NCBI RefSeq assembly: GCF_001194135.2
Contig: NC_068985.1
Location: 1,741,622 to 1,805,621, forward strand
DNA length: 64,000 bases
Reading direction: 5' to 3'
Source: Octopus bimaculoides
Taxonomy: Eukaryota
Shown here: one piece after another, positions 38,160 through 50,770 of the stretch
Layout: every line of letters begins with the position of its first letter
Numbering within the stretch: the stretch's first letter is position 1
Translations under genes and position numbers: made by a program
The notes under the pieces: generated by a model
Told to the model about the DNA's origin: nothing
Database searches by the model: none
What the model saw: the letters and a program-made list of their open reading frames with translations, nothing else

Positions 38160-39019
38160 TCTTCTGTTACGAGGTTATGACAAAGAAGTTTTTGTGTATG
38201 CTGAGGACACTTGAAAGTTTTAAAGAGAGGGCTTTCCCTCACTGGTCAAGCATTCATCAATTTATTTAGATTCAACTTAAAGTGACAACTGATGGTAAAA
38301 AGGAGATGTTCTCCATTAATTTCATGAAAAATAGATGAGAGTATTAACTATGGAGTTATTGGTTGGCAGCAAGCACTGAGAGAAGGTACTTGTCTGGTGG
38401 CCCCTGCATGGATGGTACTTTCAATCATGCTATGGCCCCAGGAGAATGTATTATCTGATTTCTGAGATGTTTGTCTTTAGACACTGACATTCTTATGCAT
38501 TTATCAATTTTCTTTCAATGATTTCCAAACTCTTACTCAATATAAATCCTTGTTTTTTTTTTGTTTTTTTTTTTATTTCTTTTGTATATACCGCCTATTT
38601 GTACTTCATCCCAATGTCTTGAGCCATGGTGGCCAATAAAAGAAACCCCTATTATTATTAGATTCCAGTACACTTGAATCTGATGCAACTGGCAGGGATT
38701 AAGGGAGATTCGATACTTTATGTTTATTGTACGTTTAGTGTTCAAATCCCACTGGGTTTAACTTCACTTTTCATCCCCAAAAGGTCAATATTTTAAATAT
38801 TCCTTTGATAATAGGATCGATTCAACCAAGTAGACTTCTAAGAAGAAAAAGTCTTCTGAATGGGCAAAAGAAATAATTATTCAGATTCGATCTGGTAGAG
38901 GTCCTAGTGAGATGCCTTACAGCTTAATTGCAAGAAGCAATTATTGGTGTTTGCATTGTTTTCATCATTTTTTTTGTTGCTGGGTGGGGAGGAGTGGGGG
39001 TGTGGAGGGAAGGTGGTAG

Positions 39020-39540
39020 CAAATGGTGCAGTTAGTAATGTTGGTAGTGGTATCTATTGGAGGTAGTGATGGTGTTAGTGGTGGTGGTGGTGACAATGTT
39101 AATAGTGGTAGCATTATTACTCGTTTGTTGGAGGTGGAGATTGGTGGTGGTGGTGGTGGTGGTGGCAGTGGCGGTGGTGGTGGTGGTGGTGGTAATGACA
39201 GTTGTGGTTGTAGTAATGTGGACGACGGTGGTATTTGTGATGGTGGTAGTGTGATTAGAGTAGAATAGATAGTAGAAGGGATGGTGGTGCCACTGGTGGT
39301 AGCATGGTGGTGGTGGCGGCAGTGGCGGTGGTATCGGAAGTGGTAGTAAGAACAGTTATAACCACGTGGAATGGCAGTGGTTATTCCACTTTATCATCAT
39401 CATCATGAATGATATGAAGATTTTGAGAAAGAAAATGAAGCTGTCGGCAACAATGACATCAAGAACAGTGAGAACAACAAGAACAAAGCTACCACAAACC
39501 ATAACAGAATGAACAAGAACAATGGAAGCAATGATACAAG

Positions 39541-39572
<32 letters not shown>

Positions 39573-39620
39573 CTAGGAATGCAATAAAGTCAACATTAAC
39601 AGCAACAACAACAAACAGTA
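39020..39620. repeat. Degenerate (GGT)n then (AAC)n low-complexity tract
   Basis: Direct sequence; gives the Gly/Val/Leu-rich spurious ORFs. Confidence 0.9.
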
Positions 39621-40017
39621 TTAACACGAGATATGGAATATGTTGAAAGAGGAATACAAGAAGCTCAGTAGCGGTTACATGAGAAGCTAGAAGAGTCAGT
39701 CGTTGCTGCTTGCAGGCAAAATATCACATAAAAGGTCTTGATTGTTAAGAATGGAACCAAATCAAATAAATGAATCTGGAGATGTTGGAATATTGTTACT
39801 CACTGAGATCATAGAAATAGTAAGACATCAGATTGAATGTCTTATAATATTCAATACTGCATTTCTGCATTCTGAGTTCAAACCCTTGCTCATAATTTCC
39901 TTTCTCTGAGGTTAATAAAATGTTTATGATGCATTAAATCTAAAATGGAACTATGAAGAATGTGTCCACCACCATTGTCACACACTGACTGTCAGCTCTT
40001 TTTGGTTTCGTTAAAAT

Positions 40018-40250
40018 CAGTGGGGCTCAACCATTTTCGTGCCTATCAACCCCTTTGATCCCTGTTTTGCTGTACTGGATCCTTATAGCCATTCAATGTT
40101 TAAAAACTCATATTATATTTTTATAATTAAAAATTAAATGAAATTACATTAAAATATTGTTAAAATATTTTGTGTATTGAACACAAATTTTGACAATGGA
40201 ATCTCACGTGGACCCCCAAATCTCATGTGGACCCTGATTGAGAACCATTG
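40018..40250. mobile_element. hAT-type MITE
   Basis: cagtggggctcaa...ttgagaaccattg TIRs (CAGTGGTTCTCAA type). Confidence 0.7.
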
Positions 40251-40834
40251 CATAAAACGATTGATGATCTACTTGCAGCCATCACATCTTTATTACTCTA
40301 AGATTTTCTAAGATTTACCATTTAAACTTATGGTTTACAAATTTCAATCCAAAGATTTTTGAGTAGCAGACATGATAGAGTTGCTTCATTGAGAAGGTTA
40401 CTGGTTTCAGTATTGTCCAAGACAGGAATGGCATCCCAGACTACCATGCTATTTAATGCTTCAAAAACAATCAAAACTTGCAGCTACCTGCCTAAATTCC
40501 TTTATATAATCCAATATTATTGAATATAAACCGATATCATAAAACCATATTTTTGAACCAAATGGATCCAATATGACTTTAGTATAGAAAGCTAACTACC
40601 AGAGAAAAATGTATGTATAATTAGTCTGTACTATAATGCAGAATATTCTATCCAGGAGTTGTTTTTAATCATTGCACGTAACCATGGCTACCCAAGCAGA
40701 GCTGATTGTGGTCATGTACAACAAATACAAACTTGCACATTAAAAGTTACATGTGTGTATGTATGACCGTGTGTGTCCATGTGTATGTGTGTGTGCTTGT
40801 GTGTATGTGTGTGTGTGAGTGTGTGTGTATGTGT

Positions 40835-41153
40835 GCATTGTCTTGCAAGTACTTGGTGACCCTGTCAGTGCAGGTGCCACTTAAAAAGCACCCAGTCCAC
40901 GCTGTAAAGTTGTTGGCATTTAGAAGGGCATCCTGCTGTAAAAAAACATGTCAAAACTGACCTCACCTGTGCTTGTGCCATGTAAAAATCCACTCTGTTG
41001 AGTGGTTGGTGTTAGGAAGGGCATCCAGCTGTTAAAACCCTGCCAAGTTACAGAAGTCTGGTGCAGGTTTCTGCCTGGGAGGCTCCTGTCAAACTGTCCC
41101 ACCCATGCCAGCATGGAAGGCAGATGATAAATGATGACGACGACGACGACGAC

Positions 41154-41195
<42 letters not shown>
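40835..41195 (+). mobile_element. RTE 3'-end repeat
   Basis: Family motifs, including a duplicated gttggcattagaagggcatcc module and a (gac)(gat)n tail. Confidence 0.8.
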
Positions 41196-42778
41196 ATATG
41201 AAGAGAGAGAGAAAGAGAGAAAGGCTCCAGAGAGGATAAATGGGAGGAAGAATCAATTCATCAAAATTTTTTTTTTCTTAAAATTAGAAAGACATGCAAT
41301 GGTCATTAGGTGCCACTTTTTCATCAAATTAACTGAATAAATATACAGAACCATCACAAACACACACACACAAAACAATTTCAAGCCTGTACACAAATGT
41401 ATGTGCTGCGAAAAGCATTCATTCTGTATATAAAACTATAAACACAATTAAATAGTCATCTCTTCACACAATTAAATAGTCATCTCTTCACATAAGCAAC
41501 AAATGTGCAAAATTTACACATTTTTCCACAGTCATAAACTATTGTAAAAAAAACTGCAGACTTTCAAATGCTTGCACAAGTGCATATTTCTTTATAAACA
41601 AATGTACCTAGAAATTCAAATTAATAAGCATTCATAGATATATGACAAACAAATATTGATCTCAGAAACTACTGATAAAGTTGCCTTTTTATGACAATTC
41701 CCAATGCTACAGGTTGAAAACAAGATTCAACTAAACTTTTCATTTGAATCCACTAAACTTTTCAGGATCATCATAATACTTTTAATCAATTTCTACCCAG
41801 TTTTTGAATTGTCTATACAAACAACATGAATGAACATGAAAAATAATGCCAGTAGAATTAAAAACGGAAATATGAAATTTGTAAGATTCATGAGCGTAAA
41901 ATGCATTTTCCTTTTGACAAATTCAACAGCGAACTGATGATCAAGATTAAGCAAAAAACGATTGCAACAAAAAGAAGAACTCAACAAGGTTGGATGCATA
42001 AAAGAATGATGTCACAAAAGAACAACATTTCCAAAGAATTAAATGATTCAAATTTGAATCCAAACATCAATAAGAAGCCTTCTCTGACAGAAGACAGAAA
42101 GCAGTGAGACGGAAGTCTATATAAGATTAACAAATTAAAAATAGATTATATGTAATGAGAACTGGCAAAACACCCACTGTTCATAGGTCTTGGTGATAGA
42201 GAAAGAGAATATGATGGAAATATGCAGGAAAGGAATTTTCTTGTCAATAACTTTTATACTTTTCTATTTATATAACGATAAAACAATTTGTTGAGATTTC
42301 TAAAGAACAAACTACTGTAAACTTAACAATGAATCAATATATGTATAAAACCACAGTATCACAGTATAGAGCAGATTATTCGACATTGTTATACCCTACT
42401 GGTCACAATGTGTTTCCCATTCTTTAGCTTCCAAATGATGCTACCCTACTGACAAGGTGAGCAGGCCAACATCCCCCCCCCTGCTTGGATGGTTACTCCA
42501 CCACAGAGTTACACATCTACACCATAAAATACTGATGGTAATATTGTTGCTTTATGACTGACAAAGCAGAAACTGTTGTAAAACGAAAAATATCTTTAAC
42601 TACTCAACAAAACTATGGATTAAAATGTTCAGATTCAGCAGTAAATAAAAACTGGCAGACATTTTAAAATCGTGGCCAAATTACATACTATACCTTTGTA
42701 CGAGACATACAAAAATCATTGATGACCCAACCTTAAAATTGTGTTAACTAAAGCACTGAGGATCAGTAATCATTAAGA

Positions 42779-42832
<54 letters not shown>

Positions 42833-43058
42833 ACAAAATATGGGGGTTTAATTCACAGGTGATCTAAATGACTAGGTACGCTAGGTAAGTGCTGTAACAG
42901 ATTATTAGGGCACCAAGGCTATAACTGAGAAGGTAGTTATGGTGACATTACAGATTTTTGATATAGTGGAGGTATAATTGTTAAAGAGGGCAACAAACGT
43001 TAAGGCAAGGCAAACATCTCTAGTCATATGCATTATTATTATTGGAAAAAAAATTCTT

Positions 43059-43114
43059 AGTCTTACAGCTGTTTCTGGAATATCCCAGAATATGAGATAT
43101 TCCGTCATCAGAGA
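43059..43114 (-). ncRNA. Minimal type I hammerhead ribozyme motif
   Basis: Minus strand: TCT CTGATGA c-GGAATATCTCA-tattc-TGGGATATTCC-a GAAA cag-ctg TA AGA-ct. It has an 11 bp stem II, a palindromic stem III (ACAGCTGT) and a GUA triplet. Confidence 0.7.
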
Positions 43115-43397
43115 AAAATAGGGAAAATGAAAAGCATATAGATTAATGGAATGACGACATAGAGGACAAGAGTAAAGGAATAAGGAGATGAAGAAAGAGA
43201 AGAAAAAAAGAAGCATAAAAGTTCATAGTTAAACTTTCCAATCTTGTAAAAATAAGTCCATAAGTCCTTAAGTACAATCCTGCATAAATCCATGTGGGTT
43301 AAAGTCCTGATAGTGTAAATATTTCATTAATCTATACCTTTCTCATTTTCCCTATTTGTCTCTGATGACAGAATATCCCAGAAACACCTGTAAGACT
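43059..43397. mobile_element. Short element bounded by about 80-90 bp inverted hammerhead-bearing repeats (Penelope-like)
   Basis: 43059-43152 is the reverse complement of 43321-43397 apart from a deletion of about 13 nt in stem II of the right copy and a few substitutions. Confidence 0.75.
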
Positions 43398-43404
43398 TTG
43401 AATC

Positions 43405-43640
43405 ACTTTTCCTTGGCCGTTGCCAGTACCGTCTGACTGGCCTTCATGCGGGTGACACATAAAAGCACCCACTACACACTTTGAGTGGTTGGCGTTAGGA
43501 AGGGCATCCAGCTGTAGAAACTCTGCCAAATTAGATTGGAGCCTGGTGTAGCCATCCGGTTTCACCAGTCCTCAGTCAAATCGTCCAACCCATGCTAGCA
43601 TGGAAAGCGGGCGTTAAACGATGATGATGATGATGATGAA
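43405..43640 (+). mobile_element. RTE 3'-end repeat, close to the apparent consensus
   Basis: Family motifs with tail. Confidence 0.9.
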
Positions 43641-43689
43641 TAATGCATATGACTTGAGATGTTTGCCTTGCTTTAACGTTTGTTGTTTC

Positions 43690-44062
<373 letters not shown>

Positions 44063-44526
44063 TTAATGCAGGTTTGTAAATCTTGTTAAATGGTTCTGCT
44101 AAAGAAATTGCTTCTAATTGGGACAGATTGAATGAAACAAGGAATGGGGGTGCTTAGTTATGAATCACTGACAGATTACATGTTAAGTGTTGTGTGCAAA
44201 TAGAAGGTAACTTATTTATGCTAATACATCCAGAATCACTGCTATGTTAGCTATGAGGTTAGAGTTTGATAATCAGGTGGAGACAATGAAATTTAGAGAT
44301 AGATTTTTATTTCCATAACCTGAAATATACGTAGAGATTAAGAAAAGCAAGAGAAATCGAAAGTCTTTCACATTGTTTGATTGTAATTGCCAAACATTTC
44401 GACTAGTTATATTTCCTTGATGAACGAAGTATGGCAGCTATTTGTATGCCATATTGAAGTGTGTAGCTGGAGAATATGAGCCAAAGGTTGGTTGGATATT
44501 TGACCTATTTTCTAATGTAAGGCCTT

Positions 44527-44815
44527 GTGAAGGCATGTGGCATAGTGGATGGGGGGGGGGGGGTTCAGCTTACGATCGTTAGGTCCTGAGTTCGAATCCC
44601 AGTAGTGTGTTGTGTCCTTGAGTAAGACACTTTATTTCACATTGCTCCAGTCCACACAGCTGGTAAAAATGAGTTGTACCTTGTCTCATTTTGTGTCATG
44701 CTGAAGAACTACATTAAGGGTCTGTGGAGTACTCAGCCACTTGCACATTAATTTCACATGCAGGCCATTCTGATGATGGATCAATTGATCAATTGATGGA
44801 GTGCCAATATGTAAA
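44527..44815 (+). mobile_element. tRNA-derived SINE, family C
   Basis: A box tggcatagtgg and B box gagttcgaatccc, then gtgttgtgtccttgagtaagacactttatttcacattgctccagt. Confidence 0.8.
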
Positions 44816-44999
44816 GCCCTACTAACTCACATGTCTCCATACTATGATAGCATCCCATGCTTATGACAGTTTCTTTTTATATATTCAACATAATTCATAG
44901 CAAAATCATGTGGACTTTCTTGAGTGCATTATCATATTTGTTGTCCACTGTAATGAATCCTTCAGCAGAGTCAAAGACTTAATGGTAGGGATTTTCCAA

Positions 45000-45780
45000 C
45001 CGATGGATAAACGTCTAAAATGCTGAAATGTCTATATGCAATTTTTCTAGTCCTTATGCATTTGAACTAATCCATTGCAGATGTACAGTTGTTTCATTAC
45101 TGAAATTTTGATTATTTTGGATTTGATACCAATATTACTCACTCTACTCATTTCACTTTTAATGGCTTTACCAGTTTGCATTTGTAGTCTACTTGGTGAT
45201 TCACTTATGATCCTTCACTGTTATGTATGATTGTGATCTTGCTATGTATTATTTTGATTTCTGTTTGTTACTTCTTTTGCTTCTTTGTTTATTTTTGTAT
45301 GTTTGATGTTTGCCTTTTTTATATGTTTTTTATTCTATTTCAGCAACTCTTTTGATTGATATCTTTGTCTGCTACAAAGAGTTTCCTTTGTTTTGTCTTT
45401 GAATATCTAAGTTTCTTTGAACATTCATAATGATTATTCATTTTGTTTTGGGAAGTTGTTTGTATAATTGTTAAAATCTCGATTTGCTTTTGTTTTATTC
45501 TTAACACATAAGTTGTTGAGACAGACTTAAATTACAAGCTTCTAAATTATACTTTTCATGGGATGATGTGTCAGTGTTACCTTTTTCATTGTTCTATACT
45601 TACCATCGCATTCCTTTGATTACGACTTCAACTTTTTATTTAGGTATTTCAGATATTACTTTCTTGAGGTTAGAAGTTTTTTTCTTGTTGAACATCCAAG
45701 TGCATTCTGGTCCATGTTCAGTTTGCTTCTCTATTTCTACAGCAAGCTCCATGGGATAGGAGCTATTTGCTGCATGCAAA
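45000..45780 (-). mobile_element. Probable Penelope-like N-terminal relic
   Basis: Lys-rich, stop-ridden minus frames including VISEIPK*KVEVVIK; weak similarity only. Confidence 0.3.
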
Positions 45781-45995
45781 TGTTTGTTTCCCTGAATGAA
45801 TGAGGAGGAGAGAGCTTAATGTATATTTCAGAGTACATCCCTTATTTGAAAGTAATATTTGTGTGCATGTGCGTATGTATGTTATGTGTGTGTATGTACA
45901 TATGTATGGAAGTATTCGTCTATGTATGTATGTATGCATGTATGTATGCGTTAGTTTGCAGATGATTTCACAACTCCACTGAGACATATCACAGT

Positions 45996-46033
<38 letters not shown>

Positions 46034-46296
46034 TAATTCATTCTGGGATACTCTGTATCATCACAATCAGCATTTTCCATGTTGCCAGGGGTTGGACACT
46101 GTGTGTGTGTGCATGTGTGTGTGTTTATATGTGTGTGCATGCATGTGTGTGTGTGCGTGCATGCATGCATGTGTTTGTGTGTGCATATTGTGGTTGACTA
46201 ACGAGTACCTCATTTTATCAATTAACACCAGCTGAGAAAGGAAACAGATTTTGAAACATTATGATGGCCCACAAGGTTTCCTTTAGGTAAATATAC

Positions 46297-46440
46297 CATT
46301 CCATTGTACAAATATTCTTGTATTTGAGAGTCAGTCTTTACATTCATTTCATTAACACAGTCATGGTACCAACTAACTCCATTAGGCTCAAAAATCTCCC
46401 AGTGCATCAATGTCACGTTTTGATGAATTAAGAGGACGTA
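46297..46440 (-). CDS. Candidate 144-nt exon (phase 0-0), dynein heavy chain-like pre-stalk segment after AAA4
   Basis: Acceptor ctccatattAG doubles as the upstream in-frame stop; donor ATG|GTATAT. The peptide YVLLIHQNVTLMHWEIFEPNGVSWYHDCVNEMNVKTDSQIQEYLYNGM resembles the dynein pattern VYIHQSV...SYLDFI...QIERL.NGL. Confidence 0.35.
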
Positions 46441-46930
46441 CTAATATGGAGACTAAGTCTGTTTAGTTACCACATAAAATAGTTCTTCGCTATTGTAAGC
46501 ATTCTAACTTAACATATTTTTCTTAGTGTTTTTAGTTTCTGAGAGAGAATTCTTATGGTTTTATGCAACAGAACCCACTTCGTTCAACATAAAATACTTT
46601 AAATATTTACTCATTTTGGGTGACTACTATTTATCACATGACAGAACAATAGATTGATTTTGTCAGCACAGGCCAAGGAAACAAAATTTTGTAAAAACAT
46701 GATGTTCTGGGAAAATTCTCTGAGGTAGATAATCCATCATTTCGTTTCAAGATTCAGTCTCTCCATTTGTTTTCGTTCTCATAGTCAATGGTCATTTTAC
46801 AGACGATCTTCATTCATCTGAGAGTATTTTTATTGGCATGTCTTGTTTCAATGATTTTCAATATGTTATGCATAGCTTTTGTATAACTAGTTACCACATA
46901 AAATAGCTACTTCATATTTTAAGCTTTCTA

Positions 46931-46975
<45 letters not shown>

Positions 46976-47539
46976 ATATACAACAGAACACGTGGTAAAA
47001 TAATTTGGATTTATTTTCTGTTTCCCCAGAAACGGATTACACCACCAACAAATTCAAAAGTCAGCTTGTAGAGAACTGTTTTGGTTAAAAGTTCTGACTT
47101 TGGTCTTCTTGTTTGACTCAAATCACTTTTTGAAATTACGTCTTGTAGCCAACTACTACATACATACACACATAAGCATACATACACACATATGCTACAC
47201 ATGCTCACTATAGGCTATAAGTTTTATTTTAGTATGAAATTAATAGATTACAACTTAGCTGTTTCATGTTTGACCAATTTTCAGTCAGTTAGTTTAGTAC
47301 AGGAGACAGTTTTGTGTACAGTCTAATCCATCATAGAATAATCACATTAACAATACAAAACTATTTGATGGAGTCAGAACGTCATAGAATAAGGCTATCT
47401 GTTGTTCAATCACTTGTCTTTTTCATATATAATGACAAAAACTGACAGCATTTTAATTCCTGTTTTCTGAAGAAATATTTTGATGTATATATATTTTTAG
47501 AATGTGATGATTGAATATATTATGCAACCATATGTATTT

Positions 47540-47720
47540 CTTCTGTTTGATAATTCATTGATTTATGTCAACAAAAAGATATCAGTTATTAACGGTTCAA
47601 GATGGAACTTTTGTGAACCATTGTATAGATTTTTCTGAGAAGCAAATGTTACAATTCTTCTTAGCTTGTTTATAAAGTTTGGCATATTGTAATATATTCC
47701 AGACAATTTCATATTCCAGA
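47540..47720 (-). mobile_element. Penelope-like GIY-YIG C-terminal relic
   Basis: YEIVWNILQYAKLYKQAKKNCNICFSEKSI. Confidence 0.75.
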
Positions 47721-48334
47721 ACACTTATTAGTTCTTAGAGAACATATATATTTTAATACTGGTTATTCTTACAAATTTAATTTGGTTATTCTTACAAATA
47801 ACCAAACCTTTTTGGTTATTTGTAAGAATGTAGATACTGATTAATTTGTACTTCAAATGTATTTTTAGTTACCCATTATTATCTTTTATTACCTATAGAA
47901 ACTAAGTCACAAACTGTAAATTCATTTCATGCAATAAACTGTTGATTCCAAAAGAAGGGAATTATTTAATGGACAATTTACAAATGAAGACAAAGTTGAA
48001 CGACTGAGCAGCATACAGGTGTACATAGAATGGTGTTCAAAAATTTTATCATTTCTGTATATTATTTCTGTTGCAAAATTATGTGCACAGCTGAAGCTAA
48101 ATTTAATATTGTTTCTATTTAAAATTTTATGATGTTTATGATTCTTTCAGAAGTGGTCTTCTATTAAGATAAAAATATATGTGTTTGTGTGTGTTTGTAT
48201 GCATGTATTATATATATGCCTATGTATGTGCATATACATATACACACACGACCAACATACACAAACACACACACATACATACATACATGCAAAATACAAG
48301 TATGTATGTATGTATGTATGTATGTATGTATGTA

Positions 48335-48370
<36 letters not shown>

Positions 48371-49340
48371 AATGTATGTATGTATGTATGTATGTATGTA
48401 TATAAGGATGTGATTGACTGTGAGAACAAGTGCATGCAGAAAGCAACTCAATACTTCTTTATTTATTTTTCAGTTTACAAATTTTAATTATTTTTTATTT
48501 TGTCTTTTCTGAACCAATAAGAAAAACTAATTGATGAATTGATAATGTAGTATAACAGGAGGTAAAGAAAGAAGCAGGGAAAAACCATAAGAGCAACGGT
48601 GTGTAAAGAAGGAAGGGTTAGGATAGTGGTGGGGAGAAGCTAAATACATGTGACCATCAGAATCCAAAATTTACTGGCATTCTTACAGCCCAAGTGGAAT
48701 ATTAATTGATCAAAAAGAGAATATTAATTGAGAAAAAGTATTTATGGCCATATAGAATAGCAGAATAACAGAATAACAATAAATAGAATGAAGTTTACTT
48801 ACTGCAATGCAAGAAGCCAATTGAGATTATGTGGAGAAAATCCGAAATATCTAAAGTTCCAAAAAAGGTATATTAAACTGACAGTCACTAGCCAAAAAAT
48901 AACAGAAAACAAGAAAAGCAAATGGCATAAAATATTTTGGCTGTGCATTCTAGAAGGATTAAATAAAAGAAGGAAAATATTAAATAATTAATATTAATTG
49001 GTGATTAAAGATAGCAAAATTAAAGTTTAAAAATAGAAAGTTGAAATTTGAAAATGCTTTTTTCTTGGTATATTTCCCACTTTCTGGGGAGGAAATAAAG
49101 ATTAGAAAACAAGATAGGAGGTAATTAGAAGAGAACTAAATTTAAATGTAAATTGGGTAAGTAAACAGACATGTAAAGATAGCGATTTATGCTGAAACGC
49201 ATCAGAAAAAGACCTCGTCATACAATCAGACAAATACATGTATACATGTGTACAAATAACAAGTGTGCTTACGAACACAGATATATGAATACATTCATTA
49301 TACAAGCTTGTGCATACATTCACAAAACACGTGTGTGTAT

Positions 49341-49373
<33 letters not shown>

Positions 49374-49552
49374 TATATATACATACCCATNNNNNNNNNN
49401 NNNNNNNNNNNNNNNNNNNNNNNNNNNNNNNNNNNNNNNNNNNNNNNNNNNNNNNNNNNNNNNNNNNNNNNNNNNNNNNNNNNNNNNNNNNNNNNNNNNN
49501 NNNNNNNNNNNNNNNNNNNNNNNNNNNNNNNNNNNNNNNNNCGTGTGTGTAT

Positions 49553-49585
<33 letters not shown>

Positions 49586-49939
49586 TATATATACATACCC
49601 ATTTATACATGAATATACATAAATACGTGTAACTGAGTGCACAAATATATTGGCAGTTATTATGTGAACAGATAGATTTTGTGTGTGTTTGTGTGTGTGT
49701 ATGTACTGTGTATGTCTTATGAATGCATCCCTCTTGATTCCGCTGTGATGCATCTTGTGTATGTTTGAGATTAAGTTTTCCCGTCTCATATGCGTGCATA
49801 TGTGTGTATGCATATATGTATGCATACATTTATACACATACACACATTCACACACAGCCATGCACACACACATGCACACACACATGCACACACGTAATTT
49901 CATGTGTGATAATAAAGTCTGGAATCAAAGGACCCTAGA

Positions 49940-50770
49940 GTTAATTTAGCAAAGACCAAGACAAATCACTGACCCCTTCTGAAAGATCACCCTGCTCAGT
50001 ATGTAGAAAAGGTGAAGGTAGAAACTCCATAAAGCGTACCCCATGCAAGCTGTGGAAACATAAGAAATGCAGTAATGTCAGAGGAAGCTTAACAGAGAAA
50101 ATAGTCTTTGTGTATGACAGGGGTGCAGGTACAGTACAGACTGGAAAGTACAGAAAACAGACTTTGTCAAATGCCCAGAGGGATCCTTATAAATGCTAGG
50201 TAGCTTCTGTTACCCAGGTGACCAAGTCAACAGTGGAGGTGGATGCTGTGAGAGCATAGTGACTAGAATAAGAATGGGATGGGCAAAGTTCAGAGAACTT
50301 CTACTTATGCTAGTAAAAGAGGGATTCTCTCTCAGAGAGGAAGGCAGATTGTATGATGTCTGTGTACTAATAACTATGCTGAGTGGCAGTGAAACATGGG
50401 CTGTGACCACAGAGGACATGTGAAGGTGTGAAAGAAATGAAGCCAGCATGCTCTGCAGGATGTGCAATGTCAGTGTCCATGTACAACAGAGTGTAGGTGC
50501 CTTGAGAGAAACATTGGGTATAAGAGGCATCAGATGTAGTGTGCAAGAGAGATGGCTGCACTGGTCTGGTCATGCAATGCACATGGACGAGTGCAGTTTC
50601 CTAAAGAAGTGCTGATCTCTAATTGTGGAGGGAACCTGTGGAAGGGAAGATGTGGGACAAGATGTGGTGAGAAAGGATCTTCAGATACTGAACCTCAGTG
50701 AGGAGATGACAAGGGTTTGAAACCATTGGCAATTTGCAGAGGTTGAGAAGACACCCATCCAGTGGCTATA
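49940..50770 (+). mobile_element. RTE LINE RT C-terminal fragment
   Basis: FCYPGDQVNSGGGCCESIVTRIRMGWAKFRELL...GRLYDVCV...MLSGSETW, followed by a degenerate C-terminus. Confidence 0.9.

Noticed and set aside
44200-44319. Very strong minus-strand acceptor at about 44320
   Set aside because: All three frames hit stops within 16 codons and no donor follows.
44527-44610. A/B boxes as a tRNA gene
   Set aside because: There is no cloverleaf, and the sequence continues into a SINE body.
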